Shown: piece by piece, positions 36,614-47,436 of the stretch | Layout of the letters: every line of letters starts with the position of its first letter | How positions within the stretch are numbered: the stretch's first letter is position 1 | Source: Parvularculaceae bacterium | GTDB taxonomy: Bacteria > Pseudomonadota > Alphaproteobacteria > Caulobacterales > Parvularculaceae | Length of the DNA: 64,000 nucleotides | NCBI GenBank assembly: GCA_041753055.1 | Contig: JBGSVH010000021.1 | Span: 42-64,041, forward strand | Direction of reading: 5' to 3' | The notes under the pieces: generated by a model | Told to the model about the DNA's origin: nothing | The model's database searches: none | What the model saw: only the letters and a program-made list of their open reading frames with translations | Program-made: the position numbers and the translations under genes

Positions 36614-37369
36614 ATGACCCCATCGATGTTTCGAAACAGGACAACAAAAAGGATCGCCGCACTGCTCGCGGCGTATCTCCTACTCGTCTGGGGCGCCGGC
36701 ATCATCGCGTATCGCACAGGCCTTGCCTATGCCGCCAGCGATGCCGGCTTGATCGCACCGCTCAGCAAGCCAGATTTTCCGGAGCCAAATGTTCCAGAGA
36801 TTGTCACCGCGTCGCAAACCCGTTTCGAAGTAAATGGCCGCTGCGGGACTGCATGCGACACCCCCGCTGAAAAGTCGACACTGAGACGCAAGGCGCTGCG
36901 CGGCGTCAACGGATCTGCGCCAGCGCCGTACACGAATGAAGCCGACACGCCGCTGTCGATCGCCATTGCGATGACAAGCGAGAGTTTTGATCTGTCAGGC
37001 GGCGTCTTCAGCAACAACAATAATGGTCGTCCGATCGGGCTTGGTTCAATTCCCGGCTTTGTCCTTGCCGGCATTCCTGCCGGCGGCGGCGGATTTGGCG
37101 GCTTCGGGCCGCCAGTCAATCCCAATGGCGGCAATCCATCCATTTCACCGCCCGCAAACGGTCCGGGAGGAAGCGGGCCCGGCAATGGTGGACCCGGCGG
37201 CAGCGGCGCGCCGACAGATACAGTCACACCACCTGTCATTATCATTCCGCCCGGCGGCGGAACCGGCAGTGGCCCGGATGTCCTCGAAACGCCAATTCCC
37301 GGCGCGATTTATCTTTTCGGCAGCGCAATTGCCGGCCTCGCCTTTGCAGGCAGAATAACCAAGAGGTAA
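36614..37369 (+). CDS. Exported Gly/Pro-rich protein with a PEP-CTERM/VPLPA-CTERM-like sorting tail
   Basis: N-terminal TM; linker GPGGSGPGNGGPGGSG; C-terminus TPIPGA-IYLFGSAIAGLAFAG-RITKR (Pro motif, TM helix, basic tail). Confidence 0.8.
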   Translation: MTPSMFRNRTTKRIAALLAAYLLLVWGAGIIAYRTGLAYAASDAGLIAPLSKPDFPEPNVPEIVTASQTRFEVNGRCGTACDTPAEKSTLRRKALRGVNGSAPAPYTNEADTPLSIAIAMTSESFDLSGGVFSNNNNGRPIGLGSIPGFVLAGIPAGGGGFGGFGPPVNPNGGNPSISPPANGPGGSGPGNGGPGGSGAPTDTVTPPVIIIPPGGGTGSGPDVLETPIPGAIYLFGSAIAGLAFAGRITKR

Positions 37370-37514
37370 CCCGGACAATGTTCGGGTTTGGGGCGGAGCG
37401 CTCGCGAGTTTGGGGACTCGCGAGCGTTACGCATTCTGACGCCAGTTTGCGGTGCTGTAAGTCTTGCGCATATAGGCAACAGCGCCTTCGTCCTCGTCGC
37501 CATTACCGTTTCCG

Positions 37515-38825
37515 TCACGCCACCGCTGTCGCAGTCGCCTTCGCCCAATCCTCAGGCAGCTTTTTCGCTGTCCAGAAAAACGCCAGCACGGCGATTACGC
37601 TCGAAATACCGAGCGTCGACAAGGCTATCCTCAACCCCGTCACCTCGCCATAAGCACCTGCAAAATAGTCGGAAAGCCCTCCGACCCAGAGCGGCGCAAT
37701 GCCGAGTGCGATGATGTTGAGAACGAAAAACATGAAAGCGACGGCAAAGGCGCGCATGCTCGGCGGCGCCAAGGTCTGCACTAGCGCCCAAGTCGGCCCG
37801 AGATAAAGACCAAGGCCAATCAGGAATGGCGCCGTCCAAAAGAGCGCCCAAAATGGCGTCGGCGACCATAATTGGAGGCCGCCGGCGGGGATCGTCAGCA
37901 ACATGCCAAGGGCCGGTATCCATGCATAAGCGCCCTTGTCCTTCTTGCCGAACCAATCAGTCAGCATGCCGCCAAGATAGGTCCCAATTCCATAAACGAC
38001 GCCATTCAAAAGCCCGAGCGGAATGGTAATTTCCTGATAGGAAATTTCGTAAGTGCGCCGATAAAAATCGACCGCCCACATGGCAGCCCCGTAACCGGTG
38101 AATGACGCAGCCGTCGCCGCAACCAGCAGCCCCCAAAACGAGGGTATTGCCAACAGCGTAGCGGCCCCTTTCCGGAATGGAATGGGCGCCGCCATCTTGC
38201 CAAAGTCCTTGGCCCCGCGAACCGGCTCCTTGACAGTCAGCTTAAGGACAATCGCAAGAACGACGCCCGGAATACCGACGATCAGGAATGCATTTCGCCA
38301 GCCGAGATTTTCAAGCACCCACCCGCCACCCAGAAAGGCGAGCATCTGGCCAAACGGAATGCCGAGCGAATAGAGCGACAAGGCGGTTGACCGTGTTTCT
38401 TTTGGAAAATAGTCGGAGATGATTGAGTGAGACGGCGGCGAGCCGCCCGCCTCGCCTATGCCGACGCCGACGCGCGCCAGCGCGAGTTGCATCGCGTTCG
38501 CCGCCATCCCGGAAAGCGCGGTGAAGGCGGACCAGACAGCCAGCGAAATGGTGACGATCGAAACGCGGTTCCAGCGGTCGGCAAGCCAGGCGATCGGAAT
38601 GCCGAATGTTGTGTAGAGCACGGCGAAAGCCAGCCCTTTCAACAATCCGAGCATGGAATCGGAGAGCCCAAGCTCTTCCTTGATTGCTGGCGAGACAATC
38701 GCGATGATCTGCCTGTCGACGAAATTGAACGTGTAGACGAGCGTCAGAATCGCCAGCACGTACCAAGCGTAAGGATCAGTCTTGTTTTCGGCGCCGCTTG
38801 CAGCGGGCGAAGGCGCATCGCTCAC
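37515..38825 (-). CDS. MFS transporter, spinster-like
   Basis: YTFNFVDRQI, PIAWLADRWNR, RVGVGIGEAG, SIISDYFP; about 12 TM. Confidence 0.93.
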   Translation of the reverse strand: MSDAPSPAASGAENKTDPYAWYVLAILTLVYTFNFVDRQIIAIVSPAIKEELGLSDSMLGLLKGLAFAVLYTTFGIPIAWLADRWNRVSIVTISLAVWSAFTALSGMAANAMQLALARVGVGIGEAGGSPPSHSIISDYFPKETRSTALSLYSLGIPFGQMLAFLGGGWVLENLGWRNAFLIVGIPGVVLAIVLKLTVKEPVRGAKDFGKMAAPIPFRKGAATLLAIPSFWGLLVAATAASFTGYGAAMWAVDFYRRTYEISYQEITIPLGLLNGVVYGIGTYLGGMLTDWFGKKDKGAYAWIPALGMLLTIPAGGLQLWSPTPFWALFWTAPFLIGLGLYLGPTWALVQTLAPPSMRAFAVAFMFFVLNIIALGIAPLWVGGLSDYFAGAYGEVTGLRIALSTLGISSVIAVLAFFWTAKKLPEDWAKATATAVA

Positions 38826-39130
38826 CGGCCAAATCCGGTGACGCAGGAAAAGGCCGCCCGGCCAATGGCGACGACAGCGCGCGGATTGTCGAATTTCAAG
38901 AGACTGTCAACCGCTTCTGCAGGGGTATCAGCGCGCGAAAGGCCGACGGTATATTTCGCCAGATCCTGAAGGTCGCGGTCGTCAAGGCGCTGATCGAGGT
39001 CGTCGACCATGCAGTCCGCCATGTCGGGAGAGAGCCCAATCGAACGGAAGCGATCATTAAGCGTCACCTTCGCGGCTGTCGCACAGGATGCAAGAAGCGC
39101 GAGTGAGAGCGCCGCTGAAATGATCCGCAT
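38822..39130 (-). CDS. Small hypothetical lipoprotein
   Basis: Lipobox LLASC at residue 16; two further Cys; 4-bp overlap with the MFS start. Confidence 0.7.
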   Translation of the reverse strand: MRIISAALSLALLASCATAAKVTLNDRFRSIGLSPDMADCMVDDLDQRLDDRDLQDLAKYTVGLSRADTPAEAVDSLLKFDNPRAVVAIGRAAFSCVTGFGR

Positions 39131-39226
39131 GGATTTTCTCCCTGAGAGTTGTGTTCAAGCCCGTTGTTATGGGCGAGACCATGCGTAAGATACCGGGATT
39201 ACGCAAGCAGAGCAGGCAGAAATTCC

Positions 39227-40222
39227 ATGAAAGCGATGATGAGCGCCGAACCGGGCGGTCCGGACAGCCTCAAACTGATGGAGGTCGCAACGCCGGAACC
39301 CGGACCCGGGCAGATCCGAATCAGCGTCAAGGCCGCTGGCGTCAATTTCCCCGATACGCTGATCATCCGCGACTTGTACCAGTTTCGCCCGCCCCGTCCT
39401 TTCGCGCCGGGCGGCGAAGTCGCCGGCATTGTCGACAGCGTTGGCGAAGGTGTCTCCTCAATCAGGAAAGGCGACCGCGTCCTCGCGATGACGCTGCACG
39501 GCGGCTATGCGACCGATCTCGTTGTTGACGCAAAAGCAGCGGTGAAAATTCCTGACGTTATGCCATTCGACGAAGCGGCCGGCTTTCTGATGACCTATGG
39601 AACGTCGCACTACGCCCTAAAGGATCGCGCGCACCTGAAGACTGGTGAGTCCCTGTTTATCCTTGGCGCTGCTGGCGGCGTCGGCGCCGCCGCCATAGAA
39701 ATTGGCAAAGCGATGGGCGCAAAAGTTGTCGCTGGCGTTTCCTCACCGGAGAAAGCGGCGTTTGCGCGCGAACTCGGCGCCGATGATTTTGTCATCTATC
39801 CGAAGGAAATTGACAAGGACGGGCAGAAGGCGCTCTCCGCGCAAATCAAGGCGACGTGCGGCGGCGACGGCGCCAATGTCGTCTATGACGCGGTCGGCGG
39901 CGACTATGCCGAACCCGCTGTCCGGGCGCTCGCCTGGGAGGGCCGCTTTCTCGTGGTCGGATTTCCGGCGGGCATCCCGCGTTTGCCGCTGAACCTGACG
40001 CTGCTCAAGAGCTGCCAGATCGTCGGCGTGTTCTGGGGCGCCTTCACCATGCGCGATCCAAAACGCCATGCGGCGCATGTCGCTGAACTTCTCAATTGGT
40101 ACACGGAAGGAAAGGTGAAACCGCGCGTCACCGCGCGTTTCCCGCTCGAAAAGGCCGCCGAGGCGCTGAAGCTGGTCGAATCGCGACAGGTCCAGGGCAA
40201 AGCGGTCATAACAATGGATTGA
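39227..40222 (+). CDS. NADPH:quinone oxidoreductase (MDR/zeta-crystallin family)
   Basis: AAGVNFPD, PGGEVAG, YGTSHYAL, LGAAGGVG, YDAVGG, VVGFPAG. Confidence 0.92.
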   Translation: MKAMMSAEPGGPDSLKLMEVATPEPGPGQIRISVKAAGVNFPDTLIIRDLYQFRPPRPFAPGGEVAGIVDSVGEGVSSIRKGDRVLAMTLHGGYATDLVVDAKAAVKIPDVMPFDEAAGFLMTYGTSHYALKDRAHLKTGESLFILGAAGGVGAAAIEIGKAMGAKVVAGVSSPEKAAFARELGADDFVIYPKEIDKDGQKALSAQIKATCGGDGANVVYDAVGGDYAEPAVRALAWEGRFLVVGFPAGIPRLPLNLTLLKSCQIVGVFWGAFTMRDPKRHAAHVAELLNWYTEGKVKPRVTARFPLEKAAEALKLVESRQVQGKAVITMD

Positions 40223-40382
40223 AACCAGCACTTCATACAGCGCCTGTTAGTCGTTTTTCCGGCGACCAGGGACGCGCACGGCCACGGACGGCATGTTTGG
40301 GCGGCGTTTTGGGAGAGCAAGCTTAATTGGCTGTTGCGGCGCAGCGAACAGCTTCATTTTACTTGAGCGCGAAACCGGATAG

Positions 40383-41498
<1,116 letters not shown>

Positions 41499-41567
41499 GC
41501 GGCGCGCCCATGGCAGACCAGTCCTCGACCCCAATCTAAGGCAGTTTGCGCGAAGTCGGTTTGGCGC

Positions 41568-44321
41568 TTACGACAATTGTTTCAGCGCCAATGCAAGTTT
41601 CTCTTGGCGTTCAACAAACGCGGCGCGGCGTTCGCGGTTCTCCTCGACAATTTCCACCGGCGCACGTTCAACGAAATTCTTGTTGGCCATTTTCTTGTCG
41701 ATCGTTTCAATCTCGCTGGCGCATTTGTCGATTTCCTTGGTGAGGCGAGCCCTTTCCGCTTCGATATCGATAATCCCGGCAAGCGACAGGGCAAAGGTCG
41801 CCCTTTCATGCACTATCTGCACGCTGCCCTTTGGCGATTGCGGCGCAGTCGCAATCGTCTCAAGCCGCGCCAGCCGCGCGATGAGATCACGATGAAGATC
41901 GATCCGCAGCGATACGGCCGCGTCCGCGGCAATAGCGAGCATTGGGATCTTGGCGCCCGCCGGCACATTCATTTCCGCCCGCGCCGACCGAATGGCGGTG
42001 ATCAGGCCGATCACCCAGTTGATCTCCTCGGCGGCGTTCGGCGCTTGAGGGAATTGTGATGATTTTGGCCAGCACGCGCTGACAAGCGCGGTGTCGCGGC
42101 GCGCTGTTTCCGCCCATAATTCTTCGGTAACAAACGGCATGAACGGATGCAGGAGCTTCAAGACCACCGACAGCACCCAGGCGGTCGTCTTGCGCGTTTC
42201 ATCCTTTGCTTCGCTGTCTTCGCCGAGCAAGATGGGTTTTGCCAATTCAAGATGCCAGTCACAGAAGACATTCCAGACGAACTTGTAAAGCGCGCCTGCG
42301 GCGTCGTTGAAACGGTAACTTTCCAAAGCCGTCGTCGCCTCGCCCGCCGCATTGCCTGCTTCATGGATAATCCACTGGTTCAGCGTTTCCTTCGCATCAT
42401 CCGGATCAAACGCCGGGTCGAAGGCGCATTCGTTCATTTCGCAAAAACGTGCAGCATTCCAAAGCTTGGTGCCGAAATTGCGATAGCCCTCGACGCGCGC
42501 TTCGGCGAGGCGGATATTGCGTCCCTGGGCCGCCATCGCCGCCAGCGTGAAGCGCAAGGCGTCAGCGCCGTATTTGTCGATCAACGTCAGGGGATCAATG
42601 ACGTTCCCCTTTGACTTCGACATTTTCTGGCCCTTCTCGTCGAGAACCAGCGCATGGATGTAAACATCCCTGAACGGGATTTCTTTCATGAAGTGCAGGC
42701 CCATCATCATCATCCTGGCGACCCAGAAGAAAATAATGTCATGCCCGGTGACCAGCACGTTCGTCGGATAATGGATTTTCAGTTCGGGCGTCTCTTCGGG
42801 CCAGCCAAGCGTTGAAAATGGCCACAAGGCCGATGAGAACCAGGTATCGAGCACATCTTCGTCGCGCACGAGAAGCGGCGCTTCGCCGTGTTCGTGACGC
42901 CGCATGTCATTGATCTCTTCGAGAGAATAGCCTTCGGCGGTATATCGAACGATCGCTTCTTTCGTCGCTTCTTCTTCGGTCTCGGCGACATAGCAATGCC
43001 CATCAGGCCCATACCACGCCGGAATCTGGTGGCCCCACCACAACTGGCGCGACACGCACCAGGGCTCGATATTGCGCATCCACTGAAAATACGTCTTCGT
43101 CCAGTTTTCAGGGACGAAGCGTGTATCGCCGTCTTCAACAGCGCCGATTGCTTTGACTGCAAGCTTTTCAGCGTCAACATACCATTGATCGGTCAACATC
43201 GGCTCGATAACAACGTTCGAGCGGTCACCGAACGGCTGCATGATCTTTTTGTCTTCGACCTTGATCAGCAGGCCGCGCTCTTCAATATCCGCAACGACCT
43301 GCTTCCTCGCTTCAAAGCGGTCGAGCCCCCGGTATTTTTCCGGGATGTAATCAGCGTCGAGCATTTTCGCCTGCTCGTCCATCAAAACGTAAAGCTTGAT
43401 GTTATTGCGTTGCGCGACCTTGTAATCATTGAAATCGTGCGCGCCAGTGATCTTCACGGCGCCTGAACCGAAGTCTGGATCCGGATAGTCGTCCGTAATA
43501 ATTGGAATATAACGATCGGCCAGCGGCAACAGGCAACGCTTGCCAACGATTGGCGCGTAACGCTTGTCTGATGGATGCACGGCGACGGCGCCGTCGCCCA
43601 GCATCGTTTCCGGGCGCGTCGTCGCAATCGAAATGTAGTCGCGCGTTTCCCATTCCGTCGGATTGCCGTCGTCATCATGCGCGATCGGAAATTCGTAGGT
43701 TTCGCCGTGCTCAAGCGGATATTTGAAATGCCAGAAATGTCCTGAGACTTCGGTATTCTCGACTTCGAGGTCCGAAATTGCCGTCAGGAGTTTCGGATCC
43801 CAGTTCACGAGGCGCTTGTCGCGGTAGATCAGCCCCTCGCGATAGAGCTGCACAAAAACTTTCTTCACCGCGTCCGAAAGACCCTCGTCCATCGTGAATC
43901 GTTCGCGGCTCCAGTCGCAAGAGGCGCCGAGACGCTTCAGTTGCGAGACAATTGCGCCGCCGCTTTCCGCCTTCCACGCCCAGACTTTTTCCAGAAATTT
44001 CTCGCGGCCGATCGCTGTCCGGCGCGGCTCCTGGCGCTTGGCCATCTCGCGCTCGACAACCATCTGCGTTGCGATGCCGGCATGGTCCATTCCCGGCTGC
44101 CAAAGCACGGACCGCCCGCGCATGCGTTCAAACCGGCACAAGATGTCCTGCAGCGTGTTGTTGAGGGCATGGCCCATATGCAAGGAGCCGGTCACGTTCG
44201 GGGGCGGGATAACGACGGTAAAGGGCGTCCCCTGACCCGAGGGCTTGAAGGCGCCGGACTTATCCCAAGCCTCATAAAGGCGGGGTTCGGCTGAATTCGG
44301 GTCAAAAGCTTTATCGAGCAT
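41568..44321 (-). CDS. valS: Valine--tRNA ligase
   Basis: PPPNVTGSLHMGH, DHAGIATQ, ATTRPET, WCVSRQLWWGH, DVLDTWFSS, KMSKS; start MLDKAF at 44321. Confidence 0.98.
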   Translation of the reverse strand: MLDKAFDPNSAEPRLYEAWDKSGAFKPSGQGTPFTVVIPPPNVTGSLHMGHALNNTLQDILCRFERMRGRSVLWQPGMDHAGIATQMVVEREMAKRQEPRRTAIGREKFLEKVWAWKAESGGAIVSQLKRLGASCDWSRERFTMDEGLSDAVKKVFVQLYREGLIYRDKRLVNWDPKLLTAISDLEVENTEVSGHFWHFKYPLEHGETYEFPIAHDDDGNPTEWETRDYISIATTRPETMLGDGAVAVHPSDKRYAPIVGKRCLLPLADRYIPIITDDYPDPDFGSGAVKITGAHDFNDYKVAQRNNIKLYVLMDEQAKMLDADYIPEKYRGLDRFEARKQVVADIEERGLLIKVEDKKIMQPFGDRSNVVIEPMLTDQWYVDAEKLAVKAIGAVEDGDTRFVPENWTKTYFQWMRNIEPWCVSRQLWWGHQIPAWYGPDGHCYVAETEEEATKEAIVRYTAEGYSLEEINDMRRHEHGEAPLLVRDEDVLDTWFSSALWPFSTLGWPEETPELKIHYPTNVLVTGHDIIFFWVARMMMMGLHFMKEIPFRDVYIHALVLDEKGQKMSKSKGNVIDPLTLIDKYGADALRFTLAAMAAQGRNIRLAEARVEGYRNFGTKLWNAARFCEMNECAFDPAFDPDDAKETLNQWIIHEAGNAAGEATTALESYRFNDAAGALYKFVWNVFCDWHLELAKPILLGEDSEAKDETRKTTAWVLSVVLKLLHPFMPFVTEELWAETARRDTALVSACWPKSSQFPQAPNAAEEINWVIGLITAIRSARAEMNVPAGAKIPMLAIAADAAVSLRIDLHRDLIARLARLETIATAPQSPKGSVQIVHERATFALSLAGIIDIEAERARLTKEIDKCASEIETIDKKMANKNFVERAPVEIVEENRERRAAFVERQEKLALALKQLS

Positions 44322-44411
44322 AGTTTTTCCGGTGGGTTCGTGGGTGATTGCCGGTTTTATCGTGAACTTGCCGCAGCGCAAAAGAAACCTTCGCGATCCG
44401 AGCCGGGTAAC

Positions 44412-44439
44412 AAAAAAGCCGGCGTTTCCGCCGGCTTTT
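44412..44439 (-). terminator. Rho-independent terminator after popZ
   Basis: Minus strand AAAAGCCGGCG-GAAA-CGCCGGCTTTTTT. Confidence 0.85.
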
Positions 44440-44460
44440 CGGATTCCGTTTGGGTCGGTC

Positions 44461-44952
44461 TTACCGCCGGCGGCGGGCGACGCGCTGAACCTCTTCTTCG
44501 ACTTTTTCCTCAACGATCTGCGCGAGATTGGCGTCGAGCCAGTCCTTGACCATCGGGCGCAACATTTCGACGACGAGATCTTCCAGGGTCCGTCCCTGCC
44601 CGTCCGAAACCTGAACCGACTGCGACAAGCTCATAAAGGCGCTCGACGCTGCAGCCGCTGTTGCTTCCTCGACAATACCTTCGTCGTCGTCCGTCAGGGC
44701 TTCCGCCACATTTTTTCTAATCATTTCAACATCTTCCGTTGCAAACTTTTGTTCGGGTTCAACTGGCGCTGACGCCGGCTGCGGAGGTCTGATTACAGTG
44801 GAAGGCCTAGGCGCGGCGGCAGTCGGCTCCGGCCGTTGCGCATCCATGCGCGAAGCAGGCTTGCCTGCGGGTTCTTCTTCGTCTTCCGAAATGATGCGCC
44901 GGATCGAAGCGAGGATCTCCTCCATGCTCGGTTCTGGCTGTACGTTGCTCAT
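44461..44952 (-). CDS. popZ: Polar organizing protein PopZ (DUF2497)
   Basis: EPSMEEILASIRRIISED; acidic/Pro linker; RTLEDLVVEMLRPMVKDWLDANL; pcm-tolC-popZ-valS order. Confidence 0.95.
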   Translation of the reverse strand: MSNVQPEPSMEEILASIRRIISEDEEEPAGKPASRMDAQRPEPTAAAPRPSTVIRPPQPASAPVEPEQKFATEDVEMIRKNVAEALTDDDEGIVEEATAAAASSAFMSLSQSVQVSDGQGRTLEDLVVEMLRPMVKDWLDANLAQIVEEKVEEEVQRVARRRR

Positions 44953-45040
44953 GGACCCATTGCCCTGTGTTTAGCGGTATGCCGACGAGGCGGTTCGGCC
45001 AATCTTGTCTGCCGCTTCGCGAAAAGGTGCAACCCTGCGG

Positions 45041-45056
45041 TTTACCAGAGGTTAAC
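45041..45056. promoter_or_regulatory. CtrA-box-like site upstream of popZ
   Basis: TTTA-CCAGAGG-TTAAC, one mismatch from TTAA-N7-TTAAC. Confidence 0.45.
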
Positions 45057-45060
45057 GGGA

Positions 45061-46368
45061 CTATTCGGCCTCTGCCTCGCCGTCCGGCCCCAGAACCCCC
45101 ATTGCCGCGAGAAGTTGAAAGGTCGCGCCCCTTGTGTCCCGTTCGGCGTTGGCGAGGGCGACCTGAGCGTTCAGAAATTCCTGCTCAGCGTTGAGGACGT
45201 CTAGCGTGGTGCGGACGCCAAGCTGCGCCTCGCGTCGGACCCCGTTGAGGGCAAGGTCGTTTGCCTCAACCTGCGATGTCGCCGACACGATGTTAGCCCT
45301 AGCGGCGACTAATTGTTCCCATGCGCTGGCGATAGCCGCGACTGAGCGGCGTTCGGCCTCGTCGATTCTTCGGCGATCGGCGTCATTCAGCGCGCGCGCT
45401 TCCCTGACCCGGCTGATGTTGAGGCCACCAAGGAAGATCGGCACGGTGGCCCGTACGCCATAGGCGAACTGCTCGTCATTCACGACAAAGGTTGAAGGTT
45501 CATCAGCATACTGATAGGTCGCCGTGAGCGAAACTGTCGGCGAAAATGCGCCCTTCGCAACGGCGACATTCCGGCGCGACGCTTCTTCAGCCATTCTCGC
45601 GCGAACAACGGCGGGCGCCCCCTGCGAGGCGACTGATTGAGCCTCTTCAATCGAGGCAGGAGTTGGCGGCAATACCGGATTGGCCTCAAGCGTCTCCGGG
45701 GCCTGTCCAACAAGTTCTAAGAACGTCGCCCGGCTAACAGCAAGACGCGCCTGCGCCGTCGTCAACTGGGCCCGTGACTGCGCCAGTCGCGCGTCTGCTT
45801 GCGCGACATCCGTTTTCGTCACCTCCCCGACTTCAAACCGCAATTCCGCTTCGCGTTTTTGACGCAAAAGAACTTCAAGATTGTTCTTGGTCGCGTCATA
45901 AACGGCCGTGTCGCGAATGACATCAAAATAGGCCTGCGCAGCGCGTTGCAGCACATCTTGCTCCACGAGCGCGAGCTGTGCATCGCCTGCCCTCACCCGC
46001 GCCTTTGCCGCTCGGATTGCATTGAAATTCCGCAAGCCTGTGAAAACCGTTTGCTCGCCCGATATCTGCGCCGACTTGGTTTCAAGATTGAAAGATCGCT
46101 GGTTTGTTCCAACTCCGCCAAACGCAGTGTTGTTGACCGTCTGATCGTCCTTGTTTTTCTGGTAGCTGGCGCTTGCCTGAACCTGCGGCAGCGCGCTCGA
46201 CCAGGCTTGCGCCTTGAGTTCCCTTGTCGCGCGCTGACGGGCGCGCTCGGCGCCGATTGTCGGATTGGAATTGTACGCCATGGCGAGAGCTTCGTCGAGC
46301 GTCTGCGCCATCACGTGAGCCGGCGCTAAAAGGATCGATGACGCCGCCAGAAAAAAGATAACACGCAT
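45061..46368 (-). CDS. tolC: TolC family type I secretion outer-membrane protein
   Basis: QTLDEALAMAYNSNP, RFEVGEVTKTDVAQA, GVRTTLDVLNAEQE; signal peptide from ATG 46368. Confidence 0.92.
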   Translation of the reverse strand: MRVIFFLAASSILLAPAHVMAQTLDEALAMAYNSNPTIGAERARQRATRELKAQAWSSALPQVQASASYQKNKDDQTVNNTAFGGVGTNQRSFNLETKSAQISGEQTVFTGLRNFNAIRAAKARVRAGDAQLALVEQDVLQRAAQAYFDVIRDTAVYDATKNNLEVLLRQKREAELRFEVGEVTKTDVAQADARLAQSRAQLTTAQARLAVSRATFLELVGQAPETLEANPVLPPTPASIEEAQSVASQGAPAVVRARMAEEASRRNVAVAKGAFSPTVSLTATYQYADEPSTFVVNDEQFAYGVRATVPIFLGGLNISRVREARALNDADRRRIDEAERRSVAAIASAWEQLVAARANIVSATSQVEANDLALNGVRREAQLGVRTTLDVLNAEQEFLNAQVALANAERDTRGATFQLLAAMGVLGPDGEAEAE

Positions 46369-46458
46369 TTTTACCTCAATGGCGGCGACAAAATCCGCGC
46401 CAACGCCGCCGTCGGAGTTTCGCACTGCAGCGACCCGACAACAACGGCGTTTCTCAGC

Positions 46459-47112
46459 CTAGAAGACAAAGGCTTTCGGTCGGGTAAAGCCTTCCGGTAT
46501 TGTCTTGGCCGCCGCATCGAATACGTCGTGGGCGGCGAACGCCGCGCCGGATCGACGCCACACGACCCCGCGGGCGGCATTCCCGGTCCGGACGATCGCA
46601 CCAAGCCGTCCACCGTCCTTCAACTGCTTGAGTAGCGCCTGAGGCTCCGCCTCGATCGCCGCTGCGATCACGATAACATCGAACGGGCCTTGTTTCGGCG
46701 CGCCCAGCATTGGTTCAGCATTAACGACCGCTGCGTTGACAACACCGGCCTCACTCCAATTCGCCTGCGCCTTGGCCGCAAGGTCATCGTTATTTTCGAC
46801 AACCACAACCATTTCGCCCAGTTGCGCCAGGATAGCCGACGAATAGCCGGAGCCCGCCGCGACATCGAGAACAAGATCGTTGCGATCGATTTCAAGCGCC
46901 GAAAGCAGCTTGGCGAAATCCCTGGCTGTAATTAAGGCGCGACCAGGCGCGTAACCAATTTCGCGGTCTATATAGGCCCGGCCCCGCAACTCAGCGGGCA
47001 GAAATCGCTCACGCGGAACGGTTTCGAATGCGCGTTGAATGCGCGGATCAGTCACGTCGTTGGTGCGCACCTGGCTGTCGACCATGTGCTTTCGGGCCGC
47101 CTCAAAGTCCAT
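46459..47112 (-). CDS. pcm: Protein-L-isoaspartate O-methyltransferase family
   Basis: ARKHMVDSQVRTNDVTD, VPRERFLP, VLDVAAGSGYSSA, PFDVIVI, QLKDGGRL. Confidence 0.9.
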   Translation of the reverse strand: MDFEAARKHMVDSQVRTNDVTDPRIQRAFETVPRERFLPAELRGRAYIDREIGYAPGRALITARDFAKLLSALEIDRNDLVLDVAAGSGYSSAILAQLGEMVVVVENNDDLAAKAQANWSEAGVVNAAVVNAEPMLGAPKQGPFDVIVIAAAIEAEPQALLKQLKDGGRLGAIVRTGNAARGVVWRRSGAAFAAHDVFDAAAKTIPEGFTRPKAFVF

Positions 47113-47199
47113 GCCGCCGCGCCTTTATCTCTCGCTGGCCATCCAAGGCGCCGGATTACATCGCGCCGGGCTCCCGGGCAACCGGGTCCGGATTCCCTT

Positions 47200-47228
47200 T
47201 TGACCGCCGCCTAAGGAGCGGCTAAGAG
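47200..47228 (+). promoter_or_regulatory. Sigma70-type promoter of tRNA-Cys
   Basis: TTGACC (47200-47205), N17, TAAGAG (47223-47228). Confidence 0.6.
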
Positions 47229-47256
47229 ATCGCTCCCTCCAAAGGGGCGTCGATGA

Positions 47257-47330
47257 GGCCACGTGGCGGAGTGGTGACGCAGCGGCCTGCAAAGCCGTGT
47301 ACGCCGGTTCGATTCCGGCCGTGGCCTCCA
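47257..47330 (+). tRNA. tRNA-Cys(GCA)
   Basis: GGCCACG/CGTGGCC acceptor stem, anticodon loop CTGCAAA, T-loop GGTTCGATTCC, encoded CCA; 74 nt. Confidence 0.97.
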
Positions 47331-47436
47331 CCTCCATATCGTTTGCGGTTTTCGATGGCTTCCGCGTGGATTGCGGCCCATGGCGATGAGTGGCATTCTC
47401 CCGCCCGCCTGATTCACTTGAAAAAAAGGGGGGCCC

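Noticed and set aside
44322-44513. N-terminal extensions in the ORF track for valS (also metG, tolC, both SDRs, QOR, MFP, sdhE)
   Set aside because: They arise from upstream alternative start codons. The extensions overlap terminators or neighbouring genes, and homology motifs and SDs point to the downstream ATGs.
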